The translations under genes and the position numbers were made by a program. From an uncultured Verrucomicrobiota bacterium (GTDB lineage: Bacteria > Verrucomicrobiota > Verrucomicrobiia > Limisphaerales > CAZVRY01), in assembly GCA_964629545.1 (NCBI GenBank), contig CAZVRY010000008.1, positions 37-64,036 of the forward strand: a stretch of DNA of 64,000 nucleotides. Direction: 5' to 3'. Shown piece by piece: positions 61,201-64,000 of this stretch. The number at the start of each line of letters is the position of its first letter. Within the stretch, counting starts at the first letter, position 1. Below the pieces are notes generated by a model. It made no database searches. It was not told the DNA's origin and was given only the letters and a program-made list of their open reading frames with translations.

Positions 61201-63920
61201 AATCCCTCGCCGGCCCCCGGGAACACCGGACTGGAATCAGGCGTCACCGAGAGGCCACCATTCGAGAAGTGGAAGGTCAGATCCGGTCCCGCGCTACCAC
61301 CCACCGGCGCGCCCACCGGCAACACGCGGGCGCTTCCGTCGGGGGCTTGAAGGGTGAGATTGCCGCTGAAATCCCCAGCCAGCGCGCCGGTCGTGTCGGC
61401 GTGCAGCGTCAACACCAACTCGTCGCTGGGGCAGATCGTGGCGGGCAACGCCGGCGAGACCACGGTGAGAGCCGGAGCGTTCGGGTCCATCGCGACGGGC
61501 GCGGACTGGATCACCGAGGGGCAGGCGCCGTCGTTGCGCAGAGTGACGGTGGTGGTGTGCACGCCGGTGTTGGGAGTGAGCGCGAACTGCAACTCACTGG
61601 GCTCGATCGCCACCCCCGTGAGCGCCGTGTCGGGCGTGATGGTGAGGGTGGCCGTGGCGGTGGCGGCGAGGCCGTGCGTGTCGGTGGCCGTCCAAATGAC
61701 GGTCGCCGTGCCGGTGTTGCAGGGGCCGTTGAACGGGCCGATGGCCGGCTGGAGCGAGGGTGAGCCACAGTCATCGGTGGCGGCGGCGCTGGCCAGCCAG
61801 GCCGCGATGTCCGTTTGGCTGGCTGGGCCGCAGGCTAGCGTGAGGCTGCCGGGCACCGCGGTAAAGACCGGCGGCGTGGTGTCTTGCACGGTCACCGTGC
61901 GAGTGAGGGTCGTCGTCTGACCGCTCGAGTCGGTGGCGGAATAGGCGACGTGGTAAGTGCCGACGGTGCTGGGATCGACCGTGTCACCTCCGATGAGGAC
62001 CGAAAGCACGCCGTCGCAGTCATCCGACGCGGTGGCGCCCGGTTCGGTGTAGGTGCCCGTGCAGGCTTCCACGACAACTGACGCGGAACCGTTCAGGAGG
62101 ACCGTCGGTGGGGCGTCGGCGATCGAGAGTTGCGCCCCGAGGCTTTCCACGTCGCCGCAGGCATTGCTGACGCGCACCGAATACAGTCCGGCATGCGACG
62201 GCGACACGGAGGGGATGGTGAGGGTGTCGGCGGTTTCGCCGGAGAGATCGTTGCCGTCCTTGCGCCATTGGTAAGTCAGCGGCTCGGTCCCCGAGGCCTG
62301 GACGGTGAAGGATGCGGGTGAGGTGGGACAGACGGCCTGCGGTTGGGGGCTGGCGAGCACGCCCGGAGCGATGCACGGGGGCGTATTGCAGCCCAGACCA
62401 TAGACCTCCAGCTCGTTTAGTCCCCCGCTTGCGCCGTAGAACGTCAGGACGTTGAACCGGACAAATCGGGCCGGTTGCGCCGGGAAGGAGAAGGATTCGA
62501 AGGGGATCGGGTCAAGGCCCCAAACGGAGGCCAGGGTCCCCGTGACCACCGGCGTGTAGCTCACCCCGTCCGTCGAGGTCTCGATGCTGAAACTCTGCGT
62601 GCCGCGGTCATTGTAGCCTCGGTTGCGGGTATTCTGCACCCGGATGGCGTCCACCTGATACACCGCGCCCAGATCCACCTGCGCCCAACCGCCCTGCCAA
62701 TTAGGCGTCAGCCAGAAGGACCAATCGAAGCCGGTGCCGGTGTCGTTATAGCGGCCGTCGGTCAGGTTGTCGTAGGGGAAGACGTCACTACCGCCGTCGT
62801 AGTAACCCGACCCGGTCACCGGCTTGGCCTGGGACAGCAGGATGGAGGCGTCGACCGTGAGTTGGGCGGCGGCGCTGGTTTGCTGGCCGCAATCATTGCT
62901 GACGCGCACCGAGTATTGCCCGGCAGCCGACGGGGACACGGAGGCGATGGTGAGCGTGGAGGCGGTTTCACCGGGGATGTCGTTGCCGTCCTTGAGCCAT
63001 TGGTAGGCCAGCGGAGCGGTGCCCGCGGCCTGGACGGTGAAGGTAACCGGCGATCCGGTGCAAGCCGCCTGCGGGCTGGGCGGTTGGGTCACGGTGGGAG
63101 GCTGGCAGACGCTCGCGCATTTGCCGGCGCTGCCGGCGTCGTAAATGGCCTGGATCTCGGCAGCGGTGAGCGCGCGGTCGAATACGGCCACCTCGTCGAT
63201 CAGGCCGGCGAACCAATAGTCGCCGCTTGCCGCGTCGGAGTTGCCAATGGTGACGGGTGACGTGGAGGCGGATAATGCTGGCGATCCGGAACCCGTCTGA
63301 GTCCGAAGAGCCCCGTTCACGTAGATCTCGAATCCGCTCCCCGCGGTGATCACTGCGGCCACATGAGTCCACACGCCCGGTGCTACCAAGCCTGTCGCGG
63401 TGACGGCGTAGGAACTGCCGACGCCCGTTCCCTCGACGTGGACTTTGCCCCCGGAGGTAATCCACAGGCCGTAGCTTCGCCCGCCCGCGCCGCTCTTCGC
63501 CACGACGGCATTGTAGGCCCGGTCAAGAGATTGCGGGTTCACCCAGGCTTCCAGCGTCACCGCCGTGGTGGGGTTCAAGCCGGGGACATCCGCGATTTCG
63601 ACCTGTTCATCCACGCCGTCGAAGCTGAAGGCCGTTCCCACCTTGCCCGGGGCGAACGCGGCGCCGTTTTGCAGCGTGCCGTGGTGGGATCCCACTGGGT
63701 CGCTGGCGTCGTTTTCGGCCCGCCACCAGGCGACGGCGTTCGGGGGGACCGGCGCACAGGATTGCGCGCAGACGTCCAGCGGTCCCAGGGTGGCGGCGGC
63801 CAGGGGTAAGAAGATGGATAAGAACAGCGAGGACACACGGCGCACGAGGGGGAGGCGGGGTTCAGCACAGGCGGCATCCCTGGGCGCGGCGTGGGCGAGA
63901 GGAATCATGGCGTTTGGCAC
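58203..63920 (-). CDS. Giant secreted multi-domain protein (1905 aa)
   Basis: The N-terminus is signal-like. A LamG-like segment (GLIDEVAVFDRALTAAEIQAIY) is present. There are two Ig I-set-like modules (..YQWLKDGNDIPGE..YSVRVSNDCG.. and ..YQWRKDGNDLSGE..YSVRVSNACG..). A discoidin/F5-8-type-C-like module (WAQVDLGAVYQVDAIRVQN), HYR/Ig-like modules and CARDB-like modules follow. The C-terminal tail is ..FAAYRLIQN. Confidence 0.85.
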   Translation of the reverse strand: MPNAMIPLAHAAPRDAACAEPRLPLVRRVSSLFLSIFLPLAAATLGPLDVCAQSCAPVPPNAVAWWRAENDASDPVGSHHGTLQNGAAFAPGKVGTAFSFDGVDEQVEIADVPGLNPTTAVTLEAWVNPQSLDRAYNAVVAKSGAGGRSYGLWITSGGKVHVEGTGVGSSYAVTATGLVAPGVWTHVAAVITAGSGFEIYVNGALRTQTGSGSPALSASTSPVTIGNSDAASGDYWFAGLIDEVAVFDRALTAAEIQAIYDAGSAGKCASVCQPPTVTQPPSPQAACTGSPVTFTVQAAGTAPLAYQWLKDGNDIPGETASTLTIASVSPSAAGQYSVRVSNDCGQQTSAAAQLTVDASILLSQAKPVTGSGYYDGGSDVFPYDNLTDGRYNDTGTGFDWSFWLTPNWQGGWAQVDLGAVYQVDAIRVQNTRNRGYNDRGTQSFSIETSTDGVSYTPVVTGTLASVWGLDPIPFESFSFPAQPARFVRFNVLTFYGASGGLNELEVYGLGCNTPPCIAPGVLASPQPQAVCPTSPASFTVQASGTEPLTYQWRKDGNDLSGETADTLTIPSVSPSHAGLYSVRVSNACGDVESLGAQLSIADAPPTVLLNGSASVVVEACTGTYTEPGATASDDCDGVLSVLIGGDTVDPSTVGTYHVAYSATDSSGQTTTLTRTVTVQDTTPPVFTAVPGSLTLACGPASQTDIAAWLASAAATDDCGSPSLQPAIGPFNGPCNTGTATVIWTATDTHGLAATATATLTITPDTALTGVAIEPSELQFALTPNTGVHTTTVTLRNDGACPSVIQSAPVAMDPNAPALTVVSPALPATICPSDELVLTLHADTTGALAGDFSGNLTLQAPDGSARVLPVGAPVGGSAGPDLTFHFSNGGLSVTPDSSPVFPGAGEGFTVTARIKNVGNQATTGATVSFFAESASLGDVAIGGLAPGATTTAELPISAGLARGWYLIKAQIARVASLDPELKSENNVASTLLQVGMPFGSAALVEITGAVTPNCDSTAAVLDLRARYVFSAGATLLYYPMQGASLTAVLDGALLVSGGHTDNEGRFRTHVALPQGFSGTEVTVTATDFSVLGIENLPLQIPNCNYGGSSGSSGSASPSYPSESLDLYVCSGDITFRGSDAVTPLSLPAPQHSTLFIHTTIHYYTSAGSAMSDVPVHLALRKQNSTTGEFETYLETTEYANFSGGGSAEVSTHVPSLYPGTYSLLVSLEPTVSQPTANDQATRALTVETPDPSTLAVTAEAGGCGGPTQWVSGRATYYGTGGSGAPFVPVICGEVTVEARDNSGTLLGTAGGFRTDRSGAFYFNPRLTLPPGANTVTVTVFDGTLSGTSDPITIECSGGYNTPAPDTSPAAQGDLYLFAEDIAFLGNDCSSSLRIFPGPSDSFSIAANVHFWDASDNLNLDPLDVAVRVLTPTASGWHVTTLAVPQVDFDAGGAQVVCVSQDQDQNPIGLPAGPHIVQVEINPDGDSLPFADAAGNNAATKLIQIGQSALSIWTEHSYTVYAGGPVQEVAFSVFATDQQQHSGEVLLWTANLDPLPFGLEWSCSGFQHQGDGTQAFTGTLAASAATPPGWYVLYLVASDTLQSLGAITTFQLTVLPPINTLVGEPSIVDPSPSVHVTFDKVTTAGTTTATAVSPPPALPSGFQFGTPPVVWDLSTTAFFEGEIDVCFDYDESAVGDEALLQLWHYEGGQWVDVTIPGGLDTDNNRICGRVSSLSPFALVEPVGPPPPVAPPQAFVRGPGLTLKIGIADLLASCSDPGGNPLALHSVGPSGQGGTVVLGATHVLYTPANDNPDTFSYTIANALGTTATGHITVTVVNPGGSVQNIDTSGGGVTLQFAGIPGYTYRVQRTVDFAVWQDLDTHVIPARGLFSFTDPAPPQPFAAYRLIQN

Positions 63921-64000
63921 TTATTGGGTCGTGGTTACGGAGGCCAGCGACGGGACGGCAGCCGTCTCACCACGCTAACCCGCATAAGATGCCAACGCTC

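Overview
GC-rich bacterial window. The gene content points to a Verrucomicrobiota/PVC-type genome: PEP-CTERM anchors, giant secreted repeat proteins ending in an FYR-type tail, and Ser/Thr kinases fused to WD40/TPR/LRR. That taxonomic call is inference only. All calls come from reading the ORF translations and DNA by eye; no database search was run.

The window falls into four blocks.

(i) 0.2-15.3 kb is a defence-island-like block. It holds a nuclease-like/P-loop NTPase, a DUF488 protein, an AAA/DUF4143 ATPase and a VapBC pair. The vapC stop codon directly abuts a BREX-type-2-like core (BrxC/PglY-class ATPase, PglZ, BrxD, Lhr-like helicase BrxHI). No methyltransferase or PglW kinase lies in cis.

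(ii) 15.4-31.6 kb is an accessory block. It opens with a tandem-wHTH regulator and two tandem paralogous polytopic M48-type metalloproteases with a mosaic, near-identical 3' module. A tightly packed 12-gene same-strand operon follows. It encodes a HerA/FtsK-like ATPase, a small nuclease-like protein, membrane peptides, a membrane-anchored JAB-E2 fusion, a 67-aa protein, an E1-like adenylase and an 825-aa beta-sandwich repeat protein. No recognisable ubiquitin-like gene is present. This operon is my best candidate for an undescribed system.

(iii) 31.6-34.6 kb holds decayed gene fragments, an orphan WD40 ORF and a tRNA 3'-end-like fragment.

(iv) 34.7-64 kb holds a B12-radical SAM/STAS fusion and two giant secreted proteins (2893 and 1905 aa). 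It also holds two Ser/Thr kinase genes (one lacking its N-lobe), a truncated ECF sigma remnant, PEP-CTERM proteins and a secreted PD40/HExxH protein.

I saw no rRNA, intact tRNA, CRISPR array, transposase or integrase. Many long ORFs in the six-frame track are antisense shadows of real genes, which is typical of high-GC DNA.
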